From assembly GCA_002633005.1 (NCBI GenBank), contig NMRA01000873.1, positions 1 to 64,000 of the forward strand: a DNA stretch of 64,000 bases, in the 5' to 3' direction. Position 1 is the first letter of the stretch; each line of letters begins with the position of its first letter. The notes under the pieces are model-generated. The model searched no databases and had not been told where the DNA came from. It saw only the letters and a list, made by a program, of their open reading frames with translations. Source of the stretch: Phoronis australis. Its lineage: Eukaryota > Animalia > Phoronida. The translations under genes were made by a program, and so were the position numbers. Shown here one piece after another: positions 37,706-47,888 of this stretch.

Positions 37706-39514
37706 ATGATCCTTGCAAAAATACACAGATATGCTTCAATCAGTCTCGTAATTGCAATGATTAGCTGTTCTGTTGTAGTTTGGATAATTATCATGTTGAA
37801 TTTCAAGTCGACTTTCGGCCAATTACGCACAAGGTATAATTTCGCTGCAGAGTCATCATGGTTGACTATAGACGAAAACGATAACGCAACAAGATTCGTA
37901 CCCATAAAAGTGGTAAGACGTGGTGTTATTACACCAAACCTTACGTTGGTTTGGAAAGTTGTCGGCTTAATTGGTAGATATTCAAATGATTACCCGCCTA
38001 CCGACATTGTAAACCGGCAAGGAAACTTTAGGTTCATCAGTATGCAAAGAGTTTCTGTGTTTTATTTGCAAATTAATAATGACAACCATCCTGAACGGAA
38101 TGAGGACTTCCAAATAAGTCTTTTTTATCCAAATTTCCAACGAATGCTCGCCAGCACGATTTTAACCATACTAGCAAATGACGACCCATACGGAGTGTTC
38201 CGCGTGTCACGCAGACGAGTCTACATTGACGAAAGTTTCCGAAGCACAAGAGAACTGGCGATTGATCGTGGTGGAGGTTGGTGGGGTGCGGTGCAGGTTA
38301 TGTATAAGGTTTTTGGTCAGCAAGAAAAAAATTCTACAGAACGCTTAGTCTATAGTAAAGCCGACGACAGGGATTACTGGAGTGATGATGGCTGGGTAAT
38401 TTTTGATCCGTATGAGATCACAAAAACAATTAGGATTCGTGCGAAAGCTGACACAATAGACGAAGGCACCGAATATTTTACAGTTGTTTTAACTTCGTGT
38501 TTACTGATTCATGAACACCCTCACATAGGGACAAGAGAAAATTTCCTGCCCAGACTTGCTCGAGAAGAGGAAGGAGCCATTAATAGCTTTATCTTTATTT
38601 TGGGTAATGACCATCCGGCTGGTTCCTTTGCTTTGATAACTCGAAATGTCGAAGTGACAGAAGATAGTGGAGAAGCATCTGTCAGTATCACAAGAGAAGG
38701 GGGTGCTCTTGGAGTTGTCACTATATATCTTCGACTCGTCAATAGGAGTGCTACCTTAAACAGTGACTACAAGTTGAACGACACGAGAGTGACGTTTAGA
38801 GAAGGCGAGAGAAGAAAGGAAATAACTGTTAAAATATTAATTGATGCGCTACATGAACCTCGTGACAACTTTTTACTGAAACTAGACCGTGCAGAGGTGA
38901 TGTTCGGAGATACCACATTGAACAAAGCTTATCCCCCTCAAATAATTCAAGACAAAAAGGTTTGCCGCATAGACATACATGACAGTACTCCGACGCATAC
39001 ACCTACTTTTTCTGGTGTAACTGTTAGAACTACAGTCCACGAAAAACTAAGCAACGGTACAGTACAAAACAAAACAATTCAAATGATGTACATTGGTGTA
39101 AAGAAGACACGATATTGGGGTTTTCCTGTTGGCTTAGTCATAGGCATTTCAATTAGCTTAGCGGCTTCGTACGTAGTGCGCCGACCTCTGAAGCAAAGGC
39201 CAAAATTTTCAGCTGACCTTTCCTCCAATAAGTGCAAACACGATAATTTGAGAAACGCATTGTCAGTGATAGCAAGGTCAAACAACGAAAAAGCACTCGA
39301 GAGATTTCTGTATAAGTATGACATCATCTGTAGCCACGGCCAAGCCTGGGAAGCAGACGTACAATTTAGGCAGCTGGCTACAGAGAAACTAGAGGAGATG
39401 AGCAAGACAGAAGTCACAAATCGCCGGCGTCACAGGAAACTGCAAAAAATAATAAGCGCTATCGAGAGAGAGGACTACGACGCCGTGGCACGCATTACAA
39501 GAGGATGCAAGTGA
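37706..39514 (+). CDS. Single-ORF Calx-beta domain membrane protein, 602 aa (N-terminal anchor, ~3 ADGRV1-like Calx-beta repeats, second TM, helical cytoplasmic tail)
   Basis: Uninterrupted 1.8-kb ORF; hydrophobic ASISLVIAMISCSVVVWIIIML; Calx-beta motifs INNDNHPERNEDFQISL, TILANDDPYGVF, DTIDEGTEYFTVVL, ILGNDHPAGSF, VTFREGERRKEITV; second TM WGFPVGLVIGISISLAASYVV followed by RR. Confidence 0.88.
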   Translation: MILAKIHRYASISLVIAMISCSVVVWIIIMLNFKSTFGQLRTRYNFAAESSWLTIDENDNATRFVPIKVVRRGVITPNLTLVWKVVGLIGRYSNDYPPTDIVNRQGNFRFISMQRVSVFYLQINNDNHPERNEDFQISLFYPNFQRMLASTILTILANDDPYGVFRVSRRRVYIDESFRSTRELAIDRGGGWWGAVQVMYKVFGQQEKNSTERLVYSKADDRDYWSDDGWVIFDPYEITKTIRIRAKADTIDEGTEYFTVVLTSCLLIHEHPHIGTRENFLPRLAREEEGAINSFIFILGNDHPAGSFALITRNVEVTEDSGEASVSITREGGALGVVTIYLRLVNRSATLNSDYKLNDTRVTFREGERRKEITVKILIDALHEPRDNFLLKLDRAEVMFGDTTLNKAYPPQIIQDKKVCRIDIHDSTPTHTPTFSGVTVRTTVHEKLSNGTVQNKTIQMMYIGVKKTRYWGFPVGLVIGISISLAASYVVRRPLKQRPKFSADLSSNKCKHDNLRNALSVIARSNNEKALERFLYKYDIICSHGQAWEADVQFRQLATEKLEEMSKTEVTNRRRHRKLQKIISAIEREDYDAVARITRGCK

Positions 39515-40515
39515 TTTAGAAAACGCGGTGAAGTCTGTGGAAAATCGTCAGTGACATTATCTCTAACTTGGCATTTTGTCCCTAACTCGAGCATTCAAAA
39601 CAGCGCTAAAGTAGCACATTAGTACTTAACAGATGTTGTTTTATAGGAATGCAAAGAATAGTCGACTGCTCCAATAAGAATACACCATAGGAACTTCGAA
39701 TGTTGGTCAACACCAACTACAGACGCTGTGCGCGCCAGCACGATCAAACGAATTTGGGGATGGAGCAACACCAGTGGGACTTCTTTGGTGTAAAGATCTG
39801 TTTGGGACAAATGTTCGTGACACCACACAGAACAAAGCACGAATGGACAGAGCTAGAACACTGAATGACAAGCGCCACCAGACACAATTATTACTATCCA
39901 TAATCGGAATCGTACCTCGCCGGATTCCAGTGAAAATTAACTACCACAGAACAGCACATGGTGAGAAAATTGTCCGTGTCTAAATGACTGATAACGTAAT
40001 GGTGTGGCAGCTGGATAAACCCTTTCGCATATGTGCCAAAAGCCAAGCGCATCCACAGAAAGGAGGAAAACCCACAGCTCAAAGACAACATCAACCTAGG
40101 GACGTGTGATGCGTATTCTGCTGTCATGATGAAATAGGACAGATGGTTAGGTCTTCTCATCATCAGTGTGTGCCATAAGTAACGTAAGGCAACTTCATGA
40201 AATCTCTCAACGCCATTGGGACTCTTACGTGACCTATCAGCTCGCGTAACTAATGCTGTGATATGTGTCAAAATTATAACTTCGTGTAGCGTTCCGAACG
40301 TTGAAATTATAATAACACTACTTCCTGTAACAATAATCACATCACACGTCAAATTAAAAACAAGAAACTGAAATTTAGTTCATAAAAACACATGAATGTT
40401 TCATCCATTATTTGACACAGTAAACACATAGTCTGACGCTGATGTTGGCCAATAGTGAAATATATCAAATAAACAAGGAAAAGTCAGCTACCCCAACTGG
40501 GAATCGAACCATAGG

Positions 40516-42050
40516 AGCCGATTTCATAAAGGTGGTTTAACAAAACCAGGTTTAAATCTTAAAACTGGTTTTCCTAAAGCTGGCCTAATTTTAGACCTAA
40601 CTTGCATTTCACCAACATGATTTAAAAGTCTGAAAGCCTGGTTTTGTTAGACCATAACGCCGGTTTAGTAAAACCAGGTTCAAAGTATCTAAGCCACCCT
40701 ACTGTGTTGATCCGGATTAACCCAACAAAGAAACTATTGAACTGCTTCAATGAAACCTTGATCACGTGGGTACAAAATGGCACACAGCAGTAGAATCAGG
40801 CAGATATTTTCGAAAAAGCACTAAAAGCTTTTCTCACGGGTAAAAATGTTTCCTCCCATAACTGATCAGAGAAAAAGCCAATGTTATAGTCGAGAACAAA
40901 AAAATTGGAGCCAAATCAAGTCAGCGTAAGCAGCAGGCTTGGAGAGACATTGCTCCAGAATAAAGGCCAGAAAGAAAATTTCATCAGTGAAAATTTTGCC
41001 AGAAAAATGGTGAGAGACCCAGTGGCAGATCCAGGATATCATGAGGAGATATTCCTCATTTTGTATTATCTGTGTCCAACACAATTACACACATTAAAGT
41101 ACTTGCTTTCGATTACGCGTAACATAGCAAATGCTCTCATTTTTATTTCCGTGTCATTTTACTTTTTTGCGGCCAAAGAGGTGGGGGGGCACAGGGGCGG
41201 ATCCAGGATCTTGAGTTAGGAGGGCCAGGGCAATGCATTGGCAAGAACTTTGCACGTCAGACTTTCGCACCCCCGAACTGCCAAATGGAATCTAGGAGAA
41301 TTTAGGGGGACCATAACCACCTTGGCCCCCTCTCTAAATCGTCCACTGAGGCAGGTCCCTGCCCGACAACTTTAAAATTGGGGACCAATTGGGATGGAAA
41401 TCAGTAAGAATAATCATTATATGCCTATTTAGTCATACGCGTAGCGCTTGCGACGATGACGCTCTGCTCGAACCGTCATATTCTGAGGAATCTGAAGGAC
41501 ACCCTTCTGTACGTACTGGTCTACGTCTAGGCGAATCCAGGGGTTCAAGGGGCCCCCTTTTCCCTTGATTTTAGTGATATCAAATCTACAATTTTCCAAT
41601 TGTTTACCCAGACCCTCCTTTTAAAAATCCTTGATCCAACCCCCACCCTTTAAAAATTCTTGGTCCCCTTGTCACGTTTGATCTTGTGTCATCCTACAAC
41701 TCAATATTGAAAATAGTCCGTTCTTGCTCTAAAACTGCGTCGTAAATGCACACCACAGCATCATTCATTTGCGCCTATATCGTACAAGTCTGCCATATTT
41801 AATAGCATTAAACCTAGGTCTGACCAAGTCTAAAGTTAAGCCTGGTTTAAGATCTTAACACAGGTCTAAGTAATATATACCTCGTTGGTGAAATGAAAAC
41901 TGACATAGACCAGGTCTAAACTGGAGTTAAACCAGGTTTTACTAGACCACTGGTCTAAAAGTTAAATCACCTTTATGAAATGCAGATTATCTTTAAACCT
42001 GGTCCAATTTAAACCAGGTTTAACTTTAAACCACCTTTATGAAATCGGCT
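40516..42050. mobile_element. Non-autonomous PIF/Harbinger-type transposon
   Basis: 25-bp perfect TIR agccgatttcataaaggtggtttaa / ttaaaccacctttatgaaatcggct with reiterated subterminal aaaccagg/cctggttt motifs. Confidence 0.8.
41192..41348 (+). mobile_element. G-rich MITE (CAGGGGCGGAT...CCACTG), nested in the Harbinger element
   Basis: Same family as the inverted copy at 60028-60172 (shared ccccgaactgccaaatg core). Confidence 0.7.
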
Positions 42051-43337
42051 GTTGGTGTCTAGAATGCCGGTCTAATGCTCTTGCCACTGAGCTAAGGAGG
42101 ACCCGATATCTGCAATTACTGTTTGCAGCCAACAGTTACGTCACCCATCCCATGTGCGGCAGGACTCTAGATTGCCGGTTTAGTGTCCTTAACGCTGAGT
42201 TATTGAGGACCCGATGTCTTTGCAATTACTGTTTGCAGCCTACTGTTGTCATCTATCCCATGAACCACATTGGTAAGAGCACTAGACCGGCAATCTAGAG
42301 ACCTGTGGATGAATGTTTTACCCATACGAGCCTATGGTCACGAAATCCTTCGCAAGACTTTAGAAGTGCTGAGGGCTCGTGAAGAGCTATTCGGGTTTTG
42401 TACAAAAATTTAGAACCTCAAGATGACATATGCCAACCGACAGAAATGCCTGCCAACAATAAGGTTGATGAGAGCGACTGCAGCAGCAAAGACGGGTGGG
42501 TAGAATTTGAAACGTACGAGGTCACAAAAAGAACAAAGAATATTCTACAATTCGATACAGTTGATGAGGACTCTGAACATCTAATGTTTCATTGACTGAG
42601 TTTGGGGCGATGCACGGTCACTCTGATGTAACACTAACGAAAAGAACAAACCAAGTCTCGCAAGTAAAAGCGAACGACGCTCCGGACAGGTTTACAGAAT
42701 CAGTAGTAAGCCTGTACAATGTTTTTGTGCTAATACCCCCAAAAATGACAATAACAGGAAGGATACTTCTGTACAAAATTTCGCCAACACCAAGTGCCAA
42801 AGCCGAGTTTTCAAACCGTCTAGCCACCAAGTGCCACTTGACAAGCAAGTTATGGACGGGGAGGCCGATGATGCGCCTCTACGTCACAACCGGAAGTCAC
42901 GGGTCCACATAGAGAGAATAGGAAATCCTTTAGTCAATGCTTCCTTCAGAAGTGGTCAATGGGACTGCTAAACAAAACAAGGACTACCTCTGTGAATGGA
43001 TTACGTGGGTACCATTTGGCGATGGTGAGAGGACAGACAACATAACTGATCAAGTACTGGCCGATAAAACACCATAGCTTACGGAGTACATTGGACTTGT
43101 ACTCCTTCACGTAGAAGTGAAGCTCGGAGAGAATTGTTCGTGAACTCTGACGTTACGCACAAATGGAGACATGAAGAACTAGTTGAGTTTAGGACAATTT
43201 GTACAAAATACATAACAAAAAGTATTACCATATCAACAATGATAATATCAACACCATTGACAAACACTCAAACAACAAGCGCCAGATAAACTAGACAATG
43301 AGTTGTAAGTTTAACGAGTTTAATTCGCAGCCGACAA

Positions 43338-46300
43338 TGTTACGTTATGGTCAGTAGTAACTAAAGATGTCGCTACCAGTGTCTTAGTATAGTAGGCATG
43401 CTCTGTTACCTACTTCCTGTTCCGGTTTGTTTCATGTACTCTCAATATAAATGTCTTAGTCACAATCGTATCGATCTTCATCTTTGGTCCGAAACCAGCA
43501 TAGAAACACAACATGGTGGCAGCGGCGTGAGACGATCCCACACCTGACGCGGAGACCACCATTTCAACACTGCCCTGTAGTTTTTGCATTTTTTTTCACC
43601 CTAAATAAACATTGCCATACCGGTGAGTTTTTTCCAATTTACTTTACAATACCCCAACGCCACACCGCCACGATGTCAGACGGAGAGGACAACCCTCAAC
43701 CAACGCTCCACAACTCCAATTTACTTGGGGTGAAACCACCCTCTTTTGATTGGAAAATTGACAACTTACCCAAAACGTTCCGTAATTTTAAGAGGTATTG
43801 CAACCTGTTTCTCAGCACTCCTGCGTACACCAGCCAATCGCCAGCGACCAAAGTGAGCTATATACTCTTATGGCTGGGACCCAGATCCCTCAAAATTTTT
43901 GATTCCTGGTCCCTCACGCCCGAACAGCAAGAAGACCCGACAACAGTTTGGGATCGCTTCGAGAAATATTTTGAGCCGAAAGCAAGTTTTCGTGTTTGCC
44001 GTTTTCAACTTAGACAGATGACACAAGACAGCAACGAATCTATCGACGACTTCTTTACGCGCCTTCGACTACACAAGGAGAAATGCAACTTCGGCAACAA
44101 AGATGCTACAGACGACGCAATACTTGACCAAATTATCCAAGGGGCAAACTCACAACAAGTTCAGAAGAAACTACTCGAACAAGACCAGGACAAACTCAAG
44201 CTGAAACATGCTCTTGATATCGCCCGTACGTATGAATGCACCCAAGCACAACTGCAACAAATCGGTCGTCCGACCACGGAAATCCATGCAATCAAAAGAC
44301 ATACACGTGAAGAGAGCTCTGCAAAACGCTACACAGATAGAAAACCGACACCCAGCGACACATGTGGAAACTGTGGAAAAGAGCTGCATAGATATCGCAG
44401 CCAATGTCCGGCTAAGGGACAAACCTGTCACCGATGTGGAAAGGTGGGACACTGGGGAGATGTCTGTCGCTCATCAGGCAACCCGGTTACAAGGCCCAAG
44501 GCTCACCCACCACCCAACCCTCCGCGATTCCACGCTACTTCTCATGTACCCGAGACTGACGAAATCTCGTTTGAAAACTTAGTCTTCGACTCTATCGGTC
44601 CTGATGCCAAACAAGAGGATTTTGCTGATATTAACATTTGGCACGAACACCGTAAACGTGGTATCCTCAGAGGCAAGGTGGATANNNNNNNNNNNNNNNN
44701 NNNNNNNNNNNNNNNNNNNNNNNNNNNNNNNNNNNNNNNNNNNNNNNNNNNNNNNNNNNNNNNNNNNNNNNNNNNNNNNNNNNNNNNNNNNNNNNNNNNN
44801 NNNNNNNNNNNNNNNNNNNNNNNNNNNNNNNNNNNNNNNNNNNNNNNNNNNNNNNNNNNNNNNNNNNNNNNNNNNNNNNNNNNNNNNNNNNNNNNNNNNN
44901 NNNNNNNNNNNNNNNNNNNNNNNNNNNNNNNNNNNNNNNNNNNNNNNNNNNNNNNNNNNNNNNNNNNNNNNNNNNNNNNNNNNNNNNNNNNNNNNNNNNN
45001 NNNNNNNNNNNNNNNNNNNNNNNNNNNNNNNNNNNNNNNNNNNNNNNNNNNNNNNNNNNNNNNNNNNNNNNNNNNNNNNNNNNNNNNNNNNNNNNNNNNN
45101 NNNNNNNNNNNNNNNNNNNNNNNNNNNNNNNNNNNNNNNNNNNNNNNNNNNNNNNNNNNNNNNNNNNNNNNNNNNNNNNNNNNNNNNNNNNNNNNNNNNN
45201 NNNNNNNNNNNNNNNNNNNNNNNNNNNNNNNNNNNNNNNNNNNNNNNNNNNNNNNNNNNNNNNNNNNNNNNNNNNNNNNNNNNNNNNNNNNNNNNNNNNN
45301 NNNNNNNNNNNNNNNNNNNNNNNNNNNNNNNNNNNNNNNNNNNNNNNNNNNNNNNNNNNNNNNNNNNNNNNNNNNNNNNNNNNNNNNNNNNNNNNNNNNN
45401 NNNNNNNNNNNNNNNNNNNNNNNNNNNNNNNNNNNNNNNNNNNNNNNNNNNNNNNNNNNNNNNNNNNNNNNTGCACAGGCTCCATTACGGACACCAAGGA
45501 ATTGTTCGCTGTCAGCAACTAGCCCGATCCACTGTCTATTGGCCTGGCATTATGAAGGACATAGAAAACCTCGTATCCACTTGCGAAACATGCCAGAAAC
45601 ATCAGAGCTCTTCACCCAAAGAACCTCTGGAATCTGTCGCCGATGACATACCAAACATTCCCTGGCACACCATTAGTGCTGACCTGTTTTATCTAAACGG
45701 CCAAGAATATTTCATCGTCGCTGATTATTTCTCCAAGTACTTCATCGTCGAGAAGCTGAACACCTCTACCAGTCAGCGAGTTGCGAGCATTTTCAGCCAT
45801 ATCTTCGCCATGTTTGGTCCACCTGATACTTTGATCACCGACAACGGGCCCCAATTCATCGGAGCCCCCGTCAGAGCCACGGTAAAGATGTTCGACATTT
45901 TACATATCACTTCGTCGCCCCACCACCCCCGCTCACATGGCTTCATTGAACGCATGATTCGTACCGTCAAGAACCTGATGCTGAAGACACAGCACCTGGA
46001 CGAGGCTTTTCTCCAATACATGACCACACCCACGAACCCCCAGATGGCCTCCCCCGCTGAACTTATGTTCGGCCGCAAGCTGAGAAGTAAACTACCATCT
46101 TACATCCAAAGACAGCCACTCCAGCGCGACGACAACCTGCCTCACCCGAACTCGCCTGATAAGCGCGAACTAACAGAACTGCAGCTGAACGAGCGCGTGT
46201 ACTATCAAGACGTCGCCACGAAGACTTGGTCACCTGGCACCATCATCGGAGTAGGCCCAGAACCACGGTCCTATACGCTACAATGCGAGACAAGCGGTCG

Positions 46301-46945
46301 CACACTTCGCCGCAACCGTATCCTGCTTAGACCTCGACAAGTGCAGGGCCGTGGCACGATCATGAGATTCGACCCCTCACCAGCTCAGATGGCCATAGAT
46401 CCCGACGCCAGAAATACCTTACCTCCCCAAACCAGTGCGCCCACCGTTACCACCCGCGAACCACCGTCTGAAGTCCGACCAACACCGCCTAACCATGCTC
46501 CGGAAACGGGCAATAATGCGGCTAAGCCTCCCATCATTTCACCCACCCCGAGCACTGTGGTTACCCTCTCCGGACGAACGGTTACAAGACCAGCACGACT
46601 CGTCCAAGAGATGTAGTTACAAGCAGCCAAACCGTTGGGGCAGAATAATCCCCGTTTGACTGTCCAGACAATGATAGTCCACCCATTGTCTTATAGTTAG
46701 GACCAGTTATCATAGTTTTAAAATTAGGATAGTGTTTCATTGTATATTTTTCTTTCAACAAGGAGGATGTTACGTTATGGTCAGTAGTAACTAAAGATGT
46801 CGCTACCAGTGTCTTAGTATAGTAGGCATGCTCTGTTACCTACTTCCTGTTCCGGTTTGTGTTTCATGTACTCTCAACATAAATGTCTTAGTCACAATCG
46901 TATCGATCTTCATCTTTGGTCCGAAACCAGCATAGAAACACAACA
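43338..46945 (+). mobile_element. Young Ty3/Gypsy LTR retrotransposon (Mag-like), with internal N gap
   Basis: LTRs 43338-43513 and 46768-46945 (TG...CA; differ by one substitution and one 2-bp indel); 5-bp TSD GACAA on both sides; PBS TGGTGGCAGCGG at 43514 (complementary to a tRNA-Leu 3' end); PPT aaggagga. Confidence 0.97.
43673..46616 (+). CDS. Gag-Pol polyprotein (gag with two CCHC knuckles, start of protease, gap, integrase)
   Basis: ATG 43673; CGNCGKELH..CPAKGQTCHRCGKVGHWGDVC; GKVD at gap edge; after the gap HYGHQG...CETCQ, ISADLF, TDNGPQF, SHGFIERM. RT/RNaseH not visible. Confidence 0.9.
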
Positions 46946-47801
46946 GACAATACAACGAGGCGGAACCGGAAGAGGTCCCACCAAACACAGTCGTACGAAT
47001 AACAATGCAATGGAGAAGTGACACAAACATTCTTTCCTACTGCATCCACTATTGCTAATGGTAGAATCTGACGTAACAGCATTGCACCACAGTCATAGTG
47101 GTTATGCACTTTAAGGCAAGATATGTGAGTCTCTAGGCTTTTCGGTTAATTATGGGGATAGTTATAAGCATATTTGCAATGTACGTTGTCCAATCTTGCA
47201 AGAAGCAAAAAGCAAATTATGCTACCATAGTACACATCGTAATCAGCGCAATCTCATGGGTGACTAATCAGTTATAGTCGGAGGTCGGAGGAAAGAGGGG
47301 CTCTAAAAACGTTTTTTGCTGAAGATTGAAACCGTGGTTAGTGACCGTCACGCGCAAGAAGCAGGCAGGGAACTTCCGCAACAGGTGACATGGAAAGTAG
47401 TGAAGTTGAGTGAAACCATAGATTATAGACAACAGATTCGCAACTCCGGCATATTCTTACATGCTGAGCTGAACTCTCCTGACCTTTCTGGTGCAGTTTC
47501 CGGTTAGTGTATTTTGACGAGAAATACTTGCATCTACTTTACTGTCCAAAACAACGAAAAAAATATTAATTACGGCATTGAATCGCTTTTCAAGGTCTTT
47601 CAATAGAAAAGTGTTGGTATTGTGAGTAATTTTGGCAATGCTACTGGTAATTAATTACAAAATTCAAACTTCGGTGCCGACTGATTATGTCGTCTGCTTG
47701 CCCAATAGCAGCATAGTTATCGGACAGTTTTTGATTCATGGTTCACATAGGCCTACTGAGAAAACTACAAAAGCATGTTTATAAATCAAAATTCTCAAGT
47801 G

Positions 47802-47888
47802 AGCAGTTCTTCTGGGAAGTGTTGAGTGGCCCTTAAAAGGGTCGTTGGTTGTAGGTATAGCGTGAAATGGTTCTTAAAAGAACCGTTG
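47802..47888 (-). terminator. Two tandem replication-dependent histone mRNA 3' stem-loops plus downstream-element-like purine motif, orphan
   Basis: Minus strand: CAAC-GGTTCT-TTTA-AGAACC (47884-47869), then CCAAC-GACCCT-TTTA-AGGGCC-ACTCA (47843-47828, one mismatch), then AGAAGAACTG ~14 nt downstream. No histone ORF recognised nearby. Confidence 0.65.

Larger units (their letters stand above)
40481..42105 (-). mobile_element. tRNA-derived SINE head split by a DNA-transposon insertion
   Basis: Minus-strand A box TAGCTCAGTGG at ~42083-42093 and B box GGTTCGATTCC at ~40500-40510 lie on opposite sides of the 40516-42050 element; related fragments at ~42160-42310. Confidence 0.65.

Noticed and set aside
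42300-43330. Coding-like stretch with short ORFs next to the Gypsy 5' LTR
   Set aside because: Stops in all frames checked and no recognisable motif; cannot be assigned.
43484-43672. N-terminal extension of the gag ORF
   Set aside because: Starts at a non-ATG codon inside the LTR/PBS; the likely start is ATG 43673.
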